From the NCBI GenBank assembly GCA_023451855.1, contig JAEXXY010000035.1, positions 1-59,937 on the forward strand: DNA of 59,937 nucleotides, written 5' to 3'. The notes under the pieces were generated by a model, which searched no databases, was not told the DNA's origin, and saw only the letters and a list, made by a program, of their open reading frames with translations. How positions within the stretch are numbered: position 1 is the stretch's first letter; each line of letters starts with the position of its first letter. A program made the translations under genes and the position numbers. Of the stretch, positions 18,718-28,679 are shown piece after piece. The DNA is from Actinomycetes bacterium (GTDB lineage: Bacteria > Actinomycetota > Actinomycetes > Actinomycetales > Dermatophilaceae).

Positions 18718-19626
18718 GTGCCGAGCCGCCCCGACGCCCGACCCAGCGCCCGATCCGGCGCGCGCCCCGTGGCGGCGCTGAGCGAGCGGTGGACCGTGGT
18801 CGACGGCGTCAAGGTCTTCTACCGGGAGTCCGTCGGTCCGCGCCGACCGAGGACGCCCATGGTGCACCTGCACGGCTTCGGCCTCTCGGGCCGCTACCTG
18901 CTTCCGACGGCGCAGCGCCTGGCGGGCGAGTTCCACACGCTCGTGCCCGACCTCCCCGGCTTCGGGCGCAGCGGCCGGCCGCGCGAGTCCCCGGGTGTGC
19001 CCGAGCTCGCCGACGCCGCAGCCGCGTTCCTCGACGACCGGGGCCTGGACCGGGTGAGCCTCGTCGGCAATTCGATGGGGTGCGCGGTGATCTGCGAGTT
19101 CGCGCACCGCCACCCCGACCGGCTCGAGCGTGCAGTGCTCGTCGCACCCGCCGGGGGACTGCACAACCAGCCGCTTCACCGGGCCGTCCGTCAGTTGGCC
19201 CGGGACGGCGTCCGGGAACCCATGGGGCTGTTGCCGGTCGCGGTGCCGGACTACCTGAGGTACGGCGTGCCCAGCACGATCCGGATGTTCCAGGCCCTGA
19301 CGCGCTACCCCGCTCTCGAGCGCCTGCTCGCGCTCAGGGTCCCCACCCTCGTCGTGGTCGGCAGTGCCGACCCGCTCATGCCGGACCCGCGGCGGATCCA
19401 GCAGATCGCGAGCCGGATCGACAACGAGGTCCTGCTCGTGGTGATCCACGGCGCTGCGCATGCCATCAACTTCAGCCACCCGGGCGAGCTCGCGAACGTC
19501 ATCCGTCAGTTCATGGCGGACGAGCCGATCCGCGACGACCCCGACGAGCCGGGCGACGCGAGGGTCCACGAGATCCATCGCGGGGGCAGGCTGCCTCCGG
19601 CGGCGAGGCCACCCGAGTCCGAGTGA
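18718..19626 (+). CDS. alpha/beta fold hydrolase
   Basis: HGFG, PDLPGFGRS, GNSMG nucleophile elbow, catalytic D (GSAD) and H (GAAH). Confidence 0.88.
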   Translation: MPSRPDARPSARSGARPVAALSERWTVVDGVKVFYRESVGPRRPRTPMVHLHGFGLSGRYLLPTAQRLAGEFHTLVPDLPGFGRSGRPRESPGVPELADAAAAFLDDRGLDRVSLVGNSMGCAVICEFAHRHPDRLERAVLVAPAGGLHNQPLHRAVRQLARDGVREPMGLLPVAVPDYLRYGVPSTIRMFQALTRYPALERLLALRVPTLVVVGSADPLMPDPRRIQQIASRIDNEVLLVVIHGAAHAINFSHPGELANVIRQFMADEPIRDDPDEPGDARVHEIHRGGRLPPAARPPESE

Positions 19627-19633
19627 GAGGCGG

Positions 19634-20284
19634 TCAGCCGTCCTGGTCCCGGCCGAGGCTGGCCGCCACGGCGAGCTGGTCCACGAGGTCGTTCATCTCG
19701 TGGCCGGAGTGGCCCTTGACCCACTGGAAGGCGATGTCGCCGCGCTCGTTGACGGCGGTCACGAGCGGCTCCCACAGGTCGCGGTTGGCGACCGGCTTCT
19801 TCGCCGACGTGGTCCAGCCGCGCTTGAGCCAGCCGTCCCACCACCGGTCGCGGAAGCAGTTGACGACGTACGTCGAGTCGCTGACGACGACGAGCGGGCC
19901 CTCGAGGGCGGTGACGGCCTCGAGGGCGGCGCGGATCTCCATGCGCTGGTTCGTGCTCGGTCGCTCCGAACCGGACGCGAAGCGCTCCCGGTCGATCGCC
20001 CACGCCCAGCCGCCCGGGCCGGGGTTCCCCGAGCACGCCCCGTCGGTGTAGACGAACGTCGCGCCGTCCGGGGTGGCCATCTGTGCCTTCGGCGCCTTGG
20101 GGGTCCGGCCGCGTGACGCTGCGGATGCCGGCGGCTCCGGCGCGCTCAGGCCCGGGAGCGCGAGCTCGGTGCGGCAGGACGCGTGCACCCACGCGGTGGC
20201 CCTGCCGCCAGCGCTGACGATCTCGACCCCTGCCCGGATCGGACCCTGGCATCGCACGCAGCGTCCCGGAAACTTGGCCAGCAC
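19634..20284 (-). CDS. rnhA: ribonuclease HI with N-terminal Cys/His domain
   Basis: YTDGACSGNPGPGGW, TNQRME, SDSTY, NRDLW, WVKGHSG..N..VD; GAGGAG RBS before GTG 20284. Confidence 0.88.
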   Translation of the reverse strand: MLAKFPGRCVRCQGPIRAGVEIVSAGGRATAWVHASCRTELALPGLSAPEPPASAASRGRTPKAPKAQMATPDGATFVYTDGACSGNPGPGGWAWAIDRERFASGSERPSTNQRMEIRAALEAVTALEGPLVVVSDSTYVVNCFRDRWWDGWLKRGWTTSAKKPVANRDLWEPLVTAVNERGDIAFQWVKGHSGHEMNDLVDQLAVAASLGRDQDG

Positions 20285-20451
20285 AGTTCTCCTCGTTGCT
20301 CGGTCGTCGGGCAGCGGCCCCGCGGCCACCGCGGTTCGTGCCACCCGGCCCGCGGCACCGAGCGTAGTGATGCCGACGGACAGCCATGAGGTGAGGGTCG
20401 GGGCGAGGATGGAGCCAGCGACAGTGGTCGGTGCCCTGAGAGGAGACGCTG

Positions 20452-20892
20452 ATGAGGCTCGAGCCCCTGTACCGAGTCCGGTTCACCTACCCCGAGAGCT
20501 GGGGCATCGAGCTCGAGGGCGGGTGGGAACAGTTCCTCTTCATCGCCGAGGGCCGCTGCGAGGGAGGCATCAGTGGTCGCTTCCGAGGCGTCAACCACCC
20601 GCGTCGCCGGACCAGCGAAGGCCCCTTCTGCCCCGACATGCATGCAGTGATCGAGACCGACGACGGCGCGACCATCATGATGGAGACCCACGGGTACGGC
20701 CGTCCGTACCCGGCAGGGCGCCGGCAGATCGTGGGGTCGGTCCTGCACCTCAGCGACAGTGACCGGTACCGCCGTCTGAACGATGTCGTCTGCATGTGTG
20801 CCGGCGAGGTGCGTGCACCCCTCGAGGAGGGCGGCGAACCCGACCTCGTCATGGACGTGGCGGAGCTCGTGTGGGAGCCCGTCGCCGACTGA
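20452..20892 (+). CDS. DUF3237 family protein
   Basis: IETDDGA.I, Y.RLN..V...G pattern; GAGGAG RBS. Confidence 0.65.
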   Translation: MRLEPLYRVRFTYPESWGIELEGGWEQFLFIAEGRCEGGISGRFRGVNHPRRRTSEGPFCPDMHAVIETDDGATIMMETHGYGRPYPAGRRQIVGSVLHLSDSDRYRRLNDVVCMCAGEVRAPLEEGGEPDLVMDVAELVWEPVAD

Positions 20893-21623
20893 CCGGGCCG
20901 GCCCCTACCGGCCGCCGGCTGCGGCGGCGAGGGCCGCGGCGAAGGCGCCGGCGGACGCCATCGCGACCACCAGACCGAGAAGGTCCATCACCATGCGTGC
21001 GCTCGATCGCTGCTGGTCGTCCACCATGCCCCCTGATCGGTCGCCGAGCCAGCTCCGCGACGCCTCATTGCGTCGAACCGTGCCCGTCATTGCGTCGGGC
21101 CGTGCCCGGCCCGGGAGCCGCACGATCACACACCCGACGTCACGATGCGACGATCGCCGCACCTGGCTGCAGGTTCTCGCAGACCGCGACCCCAGCAGGT
21201 ATCAGGCGGCGCCCTGCGCGCACTGTCCTGGGCGAAGCGCGGCGTCGGAGCGAGCCACCGGGCGAACCGACGCGCGCACGTGGGCTCGAGCCCACGGACG
21301 TGCGGACGGGCCCCGAGCCGGTCCCTCCACGAATCCGACCCGGGGCCCTCGGCGTCCGTTGCGAGCAACGGGCACCATCTGTGAGACGAGCGAACCCCCG
21401 GATCGTGTCGTCCTTTCCGTACGGACTTTCGACGAGTTCTCCGCCGTGGCCACGTCCGTCGACGACGCGCGAAACGGGTCCAGGCCTCACGCGCGCCGGA
21501 TACTCTGGGCGCACCAAGGTATTCGCTCTGGTTGACGCGAGCCTGGCCTCGAGTCGCCACCGTGTATGACAGCTGGCTCGAGGGTTGCTGACCTCGCCGT
21601 CGGGCCCGGAGAGGCGGGCGTCG

Positions 21624-23036
21624 GTGCCGATCAACGTGCAACACCTGAGCCTTGACGAACGCCGAGCGCGCGGACGGCAGGCCGCCGAGCGGACGCCGGT
21701 CTCGAGCCACCGTGGCTGGACGCCTGATCCCGCGCGTCCCGATCCGGTCACCCTGTTGGAGGAGCAGAACGCCACCCGCGACGCGGACCTCGTGCCCGTG
21801 CGTCACGGCCGGATGTCGGCGTCGGCCTTCACGTTCTACCGCGGTGCCGCGCGGATCATGGCGGCCGACCTGCGGACGACGCCGCGGGCGGGGCTGACCG
21901 TCCAGCTGTGCGGTGACGCCCACCTGTCCAACTTCGGGGGTTTCGCGTCGCCGGAACGACGTCTGCTCCTGGACCTCAACGACTTCGACGAGACGCTCCC
22001 CGGCCCGTTCGAGTACGACGTGATGCGGATGGCGGCGAGCTTCACCATCGCGGCGCGCAGCAACGGCTTCGCGAAGGGCGACGCGAAGGACGTGACCCTG
22101 GCCAGCGTGGCGGCCTACCGCGAGGCGATGGCGAGCTTCGCCGGGATGCGGACGCTGGACATCTGGTATGCCCGCCTCGAGGAGGAGGACGTCGTGGCCG
22201 GCGCGAAGGCGATCGCCAGGACGAAGGAGGACGAGAAGGCGCTCAAGCGAGGTGAGAGGAACATCGACAAGGCCCGGACCCGCGACAGCCTCCAGGCGCT
22301 GTCCAAGCTGGCGGAGAAGGTGGACGGCTCCTACCGGATCATCAGCCAGCCCCCCACCGTGGTGCCGATGCGCGAGCTGTCGGCGACGTACGGCCTGTCC
22401 GGGGACGAGGAAGAGACCGTCATTCGCAAGATCTTCCGCGCCTACCGCGCAACGCTGCAGGACGACCGGCGACAGTTGCTGGAGAAGTTCGAGTTCGTCG
22501 ACGCCGCCCGCAAGGTCGTGGGCGTCGGGAGCGTCGGGACGCGCGCGTTCATCGTGCTGCTGCAGGGGCGCGACGACCAAGACCCCCTGTTCCTGCAGGT
22601 CAAGGAGGCCACGACGTCGGTGCTCGAAGACCACCTGCCCCGCAGCCGCTTCAAGCAGCCCGGCGAACGCGTCGTGCAGGGCCAGCGCATGATGCAGGCC
22701 GCCAGCGACATCTTCCTCGGGTGGAGCAAGGGAGTCGACGTGGCACGGCACTACTACTGGCGCCAGCTGCGCGACATGAAGCTGTCACCGCTCGTCGAGA
22801 CGATGGGCCCGACCGCGCTGGGCTACTACGCGCACCTCTGCGGGTGGACCCTGGCCCGGGCGCACGCGCGGTCGGGCGACCCCGTGGCCATCGACGCCTA
22901 CCTCGGCGCGTCCGACGAGTTCGACCGGGCGATCACCAACTTCGCCAGACGCTACGCCGACCAGAACGAACGCGACCACGAGGAGTTCGTCGGTGACATC
23001 AGGGCGGGACGCCTTGCGGCGACGGTCGACGTCTAG
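21624..23036 (+). CDS. DUF2252 domain protein
   Basis: R.GRM..SAF.FYRG, CGDAHLSNFG, NDFDE, KVVGVGSVG, QVKEA, RQLRD.K, LARAHARSGD. Confidence 0.92.
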   Translation: MPINVQHLSLDERRARGRQAAERTPVSSHRGWTPDPARPDPVTLLEEQNATRDADLVPVRHGRMSASAFTFYRGAARIMAADLRTTPRAGLTVQLCGDAHLSNFGGFASPERRLLLDLNDFDETLPGPFEYDVMRMAASFTIAARSNGFAKGDAKDVTLASVAAYREAMASFAGMRTLDIWYARLEEEDVVAGAKAIARTKEDEKALKRGERNIDKARTRDSLQALSKLAEKVDGSYRIISQPPTVVPMRELSATYGLSGDEEETVIRKIFRAYRATLQDDRRQLLEKFEFVDAARKVVGVGSVGTRAFIVLLQGRDDQDPLFLQVKEATTSVLEDHLPRSRFKQPGERVVQGQRMMQAASDIFLGWSKGVDVARHYYWRQLRDMKLSPLVETMGPTALGYYAHLCGWTLARAHARSGDPVAIDAYLGASDEFDRAITNFARRYADQNERDHEEFVGDIRAGRLAATVDV

Positions 23037-23048
23037 GCCGGAGGGTGC

Positions 23049-24788
23049 ATGAGCCAACGAGCCCGGCCCGTCCCACCCGCCCGGGCGGGGCGTGAGCACG
23101 GCGGCGCCATCGCTGTCCTGCAAGGCATCCGGCCCTACGACCGAGCGCAGCTGCCGCGCGACGTCGTCGCGGGCGTCACCCTCGCGGCGCTCGCGATCCC
23201 CGAGGTCATGGGGTTCACGAAGATCGCCGGGACGCCGGTCATCACCGGGCTCTACACGATCCTGCTGCCCGCGGTCGTCTTCGCCGTCTTCGGCTCCTCG
23301 CGGCACCTGGTGGTGGGTGGGGACTCCGCCACCGCGGCGATCCTCTACGCCGGCATCGCCGGCCTCGGGGTCTCCGGGCTGCAGCCGGAGACGAGCCAGT
23401 GGCTGGCCCACGCGAGCCTGGCAGCACTCGTCACGGGCGCGCTGCTGCTGCTCGCACGCGTCGCCAGGCTCGGCTTCCTGGCCGACTTCATCTCGCGCAG
23501 CGTCCTCGTCGGCTTCCTCACCGGCGTCGGTGTCCAGGTGGCCCTCGGCCAGCTGGCGGGCATGCTCGGCGTCCCCTCACCGTCGGTGGCCGTGGACCAG
23601 GTCAGCGGGACGCTGGTCAAGTTCTGGGACACCCTGAAGGAGCTGCCCGACACGTCCCTCACGACGCTGGCGGTCTCACTCGGCGTCATCGCGACGCTGC
23701 TCGTGTTCGAGCGCTGGTTCACCGCGATCCCGGGTGGCCTGGTCGCCGTGGTGGGCGCGATCGTCCTGAGCTGGGCGCTCGACCTCCAGAGCCACGGGGT
23801 GTCCGTGCTGGGGCCGGTGCCCAGCGGCCTGCCCGCGATCGGCCTGCCGAGCGGCATCGCGTGGGCCGACGTCACGCCGCTGCTCGGGATCTCCGCGTCG
23901 ATGTTCCTGGTGATCATGGCGCAGAGCGCGGCGACCTCCCGCGCCTACGCGGTGAAGTACCAGGACCGGTTCGAGGAGAACAACGACCTCGTGGGGCTCG
24001 GCCTCGCGAACGTCGCGGCCGGCCTCAGCAGCACCTTCGTCGTCAACGGCAGCCCCACGAAGACCGAGATGGCGGACGAGGCCAGGAGCAAGAGCCAGGT
24101 GGCGATGCTCACGATGGCCGCCGCGGTCGCGATCGTCCTGCTGTTCCTGACCAAGCCCCTGCAGTACATGCCCGACGCCGTGCTGGCCGCCGTGGTCTTC
24201 GTCATCGGCGTCAAGCTCATCGACCTCGTGAACATGCGGCACGTCTGGCAGCTGCGCCGCGACGAGTTCTGGATCGCGGCTGCGACAGCCGCCGTGGTGC
24301 TCGTCGTGGGAGTCGAGCAGGGGATCATCCTCGCCATCGTCCTGTCCCTGCTCGACCACGTCCGGCGCCACTACCGGCCGCACGACTCGGTCATCACGTT
24401 CGACGACCGCGGCCGGCCCCACGAGGTGCCGTCCCGGCCGGGCGCCGAGACCGAGCCCGGGCTGGTGGTCTACCGGTTCGGCGTCGGGCTCTTCTACGCG
24501 AACGTCACCCGCTTCAGCACGGAAGCCCTGGCGCTGGTGGACACTCCGACGCGCCCGCAGTGGTTCGTCCTGCTCGCCGACGCCATCGACGACGTCGACT
24601 TCACGGCCGGCCAGGCGCTGGTCGAGCTCGCGAAGCAGATGTCCCGCCGCAGCGTGGTCTTCGCGGTCGCTGCCGCGCGGGCGGACGTCCTCACCGAGCT
24701 CGACCGGTCCGGGCTCGTCGACGTGATCGGCCGCAACCGGGTCTTCGCGACGCTCGACGCGGCCGTCGACGCGTTCAGAGCACGGTAG
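23049..24788 (+). CDS. SulP family inorganic anion transporter with STAS domain
   Basis: D..AG.TLAA.AIPE.MG, GLY, GSSR; many TMs; C-terminal LFYAN...DVDFTA STAS. Confidence 0.93.
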   Translation: MSQRARPVPPARAGREHGGAIAVLQGIRPYDRAQLPRDVVAGVTLAALAIPEVMGFTKIAGTPVITGLYTILLPAVVFAVFGSSRHLVVGGDSATAAILYAGIAGLGVSGLQPETSQWLAHASLAALVTGALLLLARVARLGFLADFISRSVLVGFLTGVGVQVALGQLAGMLGVPSPSVAVDQVSGTLVKFWDTLKELPDTSLTTLAVSLGVIATLLVFERWFTAIPGGLVAVVGAIVLSWALDLQSHGVSVLGPVPSGLPAIGLPSGIAWADVTPLLGISASMFLVIMAQSAATSRAYAVKYQDRFEENNDLVGLGLANVAAGLSSTFVVNGSPTKTEMADEARSKSQVAMLTMAAAVAIVLLFLTKPLQYMPDAVLAAVVFVIGVKLIDLVNMRHVWQLRRDEFWIAAATAAVVLVVGVEQGIILAIVLSLLDHVRRHYRPHDSVITFDDRGRPHEVPSRPGAETEPGLVVYRFGVGLFYANVTRFSTEALALVDTPTRPQWFVLLADAIDDVDFTAGQALVELAKQMSRRSVVFAVAAARADVLTELDRSGLVDVIGRNRVFATLDAAVDAFRAR

Positions 24789-24869
24789 GGGTGCACCGCG
24801 GCCGATCCCATTCGGCACGAAATGCGTAAATCCGGTGACACCTGCCGTGTGGATCTGGAGAATCCTCGG

Positions 24870-26228
24870 GTGATTCTCCCCGCCGTCCTGCGCCACGCCC
24901 GTCCGCCGTCGCCGCTGGCGGGACGGCTGTCCGTCCAGTCGCTGCTCTTCGCCCTGGGGGAGGGCACCTTCATGACCGGGTCGGCGGTGTTCTTCACGCA
25001 GATCGTCGGGCTCTCGGCCGCCCAGGTCGGTCTCGGCCTGACCTTCGCCGGTATCGCCGCGTTCCTCGCCGCGCTCCCGATGGGCAAGCTCGTCGACCGC
25101 TTCGGTCCCAAGCGGATGTGGGCCGTCAGCGCAGCCGGGCAGGCCGCGATGTTCGCGCTGTGGCCGCTCATCAACGGCTTCGAGGGCTACGTCGCGATGG
25201 CCGTCGGCATGGAGGTCATCGGCGCGCTCGGCGGCGCGGCGTACGGCGCGTACACGATCGACGTCCTGCCGCCGGACGAGCGCGTGAAGTCGCGCGCGTA
25301 CATGTACTCCGCGCTCAACGTCGGCTTCACCCTCGGCTCGATGCTCGGTGGCATCGCCCTCGCCTTCCACTCCAACGACGTCCTGCACGCCCTGCCGTGG
25401 TTCACCTCGGTGGCCTTCCTCGTCAACGCCGCCGCGATCACCCGCCTGCCCAAGGCCGCCCACGACGAACGCAGCCCCGAGGACCGGAAGGTGAAGATCC
25501 CCGGCCCCGGGCCGCTGCGCAACCTCGGCTGGCTGCTCACCACGTTCTTCGGCGGCGTCTTCTGGACCAACCAGGTGCTGCTCAACGTCGTCATCCCGCT
25601 CTGGCTCGTCGAGAAGACCGACGCGCCGCGGGTGCTGCTGGCGTTCCTCTTCGGCACGAACACCGTCATGTGCATCTTCCTGCCGATGGTCACCTCCCGC
25701 GGCGTCAAGGACGTGCCGACGGCGCTCAAGGCCGTCCGCCTCTCGGCCGTCTTCTTCGTCGTGTCGTGCATCATCACGCTGGCGACGCACGACACCGTCG
25801 GCTGGGTGACGATCGCGCTCGTCTGGCTCGGGCACGTGACGGTGACCGGTGCCGAGCTGTACCTGTCGGCGGCGAGCTGGTCGTTCGAGGCCGAGCTGAT
25901 GGACCCGCGTCAGCGCGGCGCCTACCAGGGTGCTGCCGAGCTGAGCGGCACGCTGGGCCGCGTCTGGGCGCCCGCGCTCTACACGTTCCTCGCCATGAAC
26001 TGGGGTGCCGGCGGCTGGCTGCTCATCGCCGGGATCATCATCGTGGCCACGATCGGCATCCACCCGTCGACGCGGCTCGCCAAGCGCTTCCTCGAACGGC
26101 ACGTTCCGGCCGACGTCCTCGCCGACGCCCGCTCGGCCGCGCCCGACGCGCAGGAGGGCCTAGCCGTCGCGCCGCCCTCCCTCATCAGCACCGACGAACC
26201 CGTGCCGGACCCCGACCCGGTGCGCTGA
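24870..26228 (+). CDS. MFS transporter
   Basis: GKLVDRFGPKR (MFS motif A), about 12 hydrophobic segments; GTG start 6 nt after GAGAAT. Confidence 0.88.
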   Translation: MILPAVLRHARPPSPLAGRLSVQSLLFALGEGTFMTGSAVFFTQIVGLSAAQVGLGLTFAGIAAFLAALPMGKLVDRFGPKRMWAVSAAGQAAMFALWPLINGFEGYVAMAVGMEVIGALGGAAYGAYTIDVLPPDERVKSRAYMYSALNVGFTLGSMLGGIALAFHSNDVLHALPWFTSVAFLVNAAAITRLPKAAHDERSPEDRKVKIPGPGPLRNLGWLLTTFFGGVFWTNQVLLNVVIPLWLVEKTDAPRVLLAFLFGTNTVMCIFLPMVTSRGVKDVPTALKAVRLSAVFFVVSCIITLATHDTVGWVTIALVWLGHVTVTGAELYLSAASWSFEAELMDPRQRGAYQGAAELSGTLGRVWAPALYTFLAMNWGAGGWLLIAGIIIVATIGIHPSTRLAKRFLERHVPADVLADARSAAPDAQEGLAVAPPSLISTDEPVPDPDPVR

Positions 26229-26287
26229 CACCGACCCTCGCCCTCCGGCGGAGGGCCACCCGCGGCGGAGAGCAACGGTGGCAGACG

Positions 26288-26767
26288 TCACCCGCTGACG
26301 GCCTGGCGGACGCGGTCCAGCATGTCCTGCTCGCGCTCGCTGACCAGCTGCGCCCCGAACCCCATGAAGCCGCCCTCCTTGGCGGCGCTCGCAGCCGCCT
26401 GCGCCGCCGCGACGAGCCACTGCCCGAAGGCCCTGGCCTCCTCCGGCGTGGCCTTCGCGGCGACGATCTCCTGGACGGCGCGCAGCTCGCCGAGCACCTG
26501 CTCTCCGGGTGGCTGTCCACCCGTCGGCTTGTAGCCGCTGAGCGGGTTGTGGTGCTCCTGCACCATCGCCTGGATGTCGAGGGCCACCTCAGCCAGCAGC
26601 TGCTCTCGACTGGGCGGGTTGGTGGCGCTCTTGAGCGTGGCCATGGACTCCTTGGCGGCCTCGATCGGTCCGCCCGGGTCGGCCAGGGTGATCGACAGTC
26701 CGGCCATGAACGGAGCACGCACGATGCGCGTCCACTCCTCCTCGGTGAAGTCGCTCTTCGCAGTCAC
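26288..26767 (-). CDS. conserved hypothetical protein
   Basis: FTEEEW...KEGGF.GFG...VSE.E pattern; GAGGAAGGA RBS before GTG; high GC3. Confidence 0.75.
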   Translation of the reverse strand: MTAKSDFTEEEWTRIVRAPFMAGLSITLADPGGPIEAAKESMATLKSATNPPSREQLLAEVALDIQAMVQEHHNPLSGYKPTGGQPPGEQVLGELRAVQEIVAAKATPEEARAFGQWLVAAAQAAASAAKEGGFMGFGAQLVSEREQDMLDRVRQAVSG

Positions 26768-26841
26768 GGTGCGTTCCTTCCTCGGCTCGTCGTCCTGACG
26801 CCTTCCAGCTGCCACGATCCCCTGTTCCGTGCACGGGCGCA

Positions 26842-26858
26842 TCACCCCCGCTGGCTGA
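26842..26858. promoter_or_regulatory. 17-bp TCAC-N10-TGA pseudo-palindrome (copy 2)
   Basis: TCACCCCCGCTGGCTGA; 22 nt before minus-strand GATCGT (26819-26814). Confidence 0.45.
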
Positions 26859-26937
26859 GGTCAGCGACGCACATCCCGTTGCCACTCGCTCAGGTCGGCT
26901 CCTGCCGCGGACGCCATGGGTGACCCCGTGGTGGGTC

Positions 26938-27303
26938 TCAGGCCGGCTCGTCTCGCAGTGGTGCGTCGTCACTCTTCTGCCACGGCCACCGCCCCGTGAT
27001 CTCGAGCTCGAGGGAGAAGCTGAGGAAGGTGCGGATGACGACGATCAGACCGAGGACGAGAACGTTGTTGAGGGTCGGCGTGATCGCGACGGTGCGGATG
27101 ATGTCGGCGGCGACCAGCAGCTCCAGGCCGAGCAGGATGGATCGCCCGAGCTGCTGCCTGAACTGCCGGTAGGTGTCGGCCCGGTGGGCGCGCCAGTTCA
27201 GGACGGCCTTGACTGCGGCGAGCGCGGCGCCGGCCACCAGGACGGCGACGCCGGCGGTGTCGATGACCTTGCCCGCCAGCTCGATCGCCTCAGTGAAAGC
27301 CAT
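26938..27303 (-). CDS. DUF1622 membrane protein
   Basis: LGRSILLGLELLVAADIIRTV, IRTFLS.SLE.EI.GRWPWQ. Confidence 0.92.
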   Translation of the reverse strand: MAFTEAIELAGKVIDTAGVAVLVAGAALAAVKAVLNWRAHRADTYRQFRQQLGRSILLGLELLVAADIIRTVAITPTLNNVLVLGLIVVIRTFLSFSLELEITGRWPWQKSDDAPLRDEPA

Positions 27304-27504
27304 GCCTGTGCCTCCCGCTGCGGTTCGGACTGCTGCTTCATTGTCGGGGTCCGCGCGCCCGCGTCTGCACGACATCCGGAAAACGGTGCCGGCCGACGCC
27401 GCGGCTCCGGCCCGAGCCCACGGTTCGAGCTGGCTCGATGCCGGCTCCCCGCGGCCACCCTCCGGCTAGTCTCGGGAGCGAGACGATCCGAAGGGCGGGC
27501 CTTC

Positions 27505-28533
27505 ATGACGCAGCTCTCCATGCACCAGCGGCTGCCCTTCGACGAGGCCACGACACCACCCCGCGTCTCGACCGGTGAGCTGCCCCAGGCCGAGGAGGTC
27601 GGGCAGCTCGTCACCGAGGCCTACGAGCGGTATCGAGGCACGACCGACGGCCAGGTCGCCGACTACATCCCGGTGCTGGCCGAGGCGTCGCCCGACTGGT
27701 TCGGGATCTGCGTGGTCGGTGCCCGGGGCCGCTCGTTCGAGATCGGCGACGTGGACACGCAGTTCTCGATCCAGAGCGTCTCGAAGCCGTTCGTCTTCGC
27801 GTTGGTGTGCGACGCGGTCGGGTACGACGCGGCTCGTCGCCGGCTCGGCGTCAACAGCACCGGCTTCCCCTTCAACTCGCTGATGGCCGTCGAGCTGAAC
27901 GAGGACCGGACGATGAACCCGCTCGTCAACGCCGGCGCGATCGCCACGACCAGCCTGATGCCGGGCTCGACCGCGGAGGAGAAGTTCGAAGGGGTGCGGG
28001 ACGGCTTGTCGCGCTTCGCGGGGCGCCAGCTGAGCATGAGTGAGGAGGTGTTCGCCTCCGAGTCCGGCGCCAACATGCGCAACCAGGGCATCGCCCACCT
28101 GCTCAACAGCTACGGGCGCCTGTACTTCGACCCCGACCAGGCCACCGACGTCTACACCCGACAGTGCTCGCTCGAGGTTACCGTCCACGACCTCGCCGTG
28201 ATGGCGGCGACCCTGGCCAACGGCGGGGTCAACCCGCAGACCCAGGAGCGTGTCATCGCCCGCGGCGTGTGCCGGCGGGTGCTGGCCGTGATGGCGACCG
28301 CCGGCCTCTACGAGCTGTCCGGTGACTGGTTGTACGAGATCGGGATGCCCGGCAAGAGCGGCGTCAGCGGCGGCATCGTCACCGTGTCACCGGGCAAGGG
28401 CGGCCTGGCCACGTTCTCGCCGCCGTTGGACCCAGCCGGGAACAGTGTGCGCGGCCAGCTCGTGACGAAGTTCCTCTCGGAGCGGCTCGGTCTGAACCTG
28501 TTCGCCTCCGAGCCCGTGGCCCCGCAGCGCTGA
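27505..28533 (+). CDS. glsA: glutaminase A
   Basis: GQVADYIP.L, FSIQSVSKPF, NPLVNAGAI, PGKSGVSGG, SPPLD.AGNS.RG. Confidence 0.95.
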   Translation: MTQLSMHQRLPFDEATTPPRVSTGELPQAEEVGQLVTEAYERYRGTTDGQVADYIPVLAEASPDWFGICVVGARGRSFEIGDVDTQFSIQSVSKPFVFALVCDAVGYDAARRRLGVNSTGFPFNSLMAVELNEDRTMNPLVNAGAIATTSLMPGSTAEEKFEGVRDGLSRFAGRQLSMSEEVFASESGANMRNQGIAHLLNSYGRLYFDPDQATDVYTRQCSLEVTVHDLAVMAATLANGGVNPQTQERVIARGVCRRVLAVMATAGLYELSGDWLYEIGMPGKSGVSGGIVTVSPGKGGLATFSPPLDPAGNSVRGQLVTKFLSERLGLNLFASEPVAPQR

Positions 28534-28572
28534 GCCCGCCACGCGTCACGGGGTCCCGGGTGCTCTGTCGTT

Positions 28573-28589
28573 TCACCTCCGAAGGATGA
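28573..28589. promoter_or_regulatory. 17-bp TCAC-N10-TGA pseudo-palindrome (copy 3)
   Basis: TCACCTCCGAAGGATGA; 22 nt before TAGCGT (28612-28617). Confidence 0.55.
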
Positions 28590-28679
28590 GTCCCGGTCGC
28601 CGGTGCCCACCTAGCGTGTGAGGTGGACGCACGACGCCGAGCCGTGCCGCGGCCGGCGACATCGGAGGGAGCGATCTCG

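Noticed and set aside
20893..21620. About 700-bp spacer as a possible sRNA or small genes (e.g. a 40-aa hydrophobic ORF ending at 20905)
   Set aside because: No recognisable RNA motif, terminator or convincing coding signature.
23676..26102. 808-aa minus-strand ORF
   Set aside because: Antisense to SulP and MFS; a stop-poor shadow frame typical of high-GC DNA.
26920..27504. N-terminal extension of glutaminase in the 537-aa ORF
   Set aside because: Overlaps DUF1622 on the opposite strand; homology and start context point to ATG 27505.
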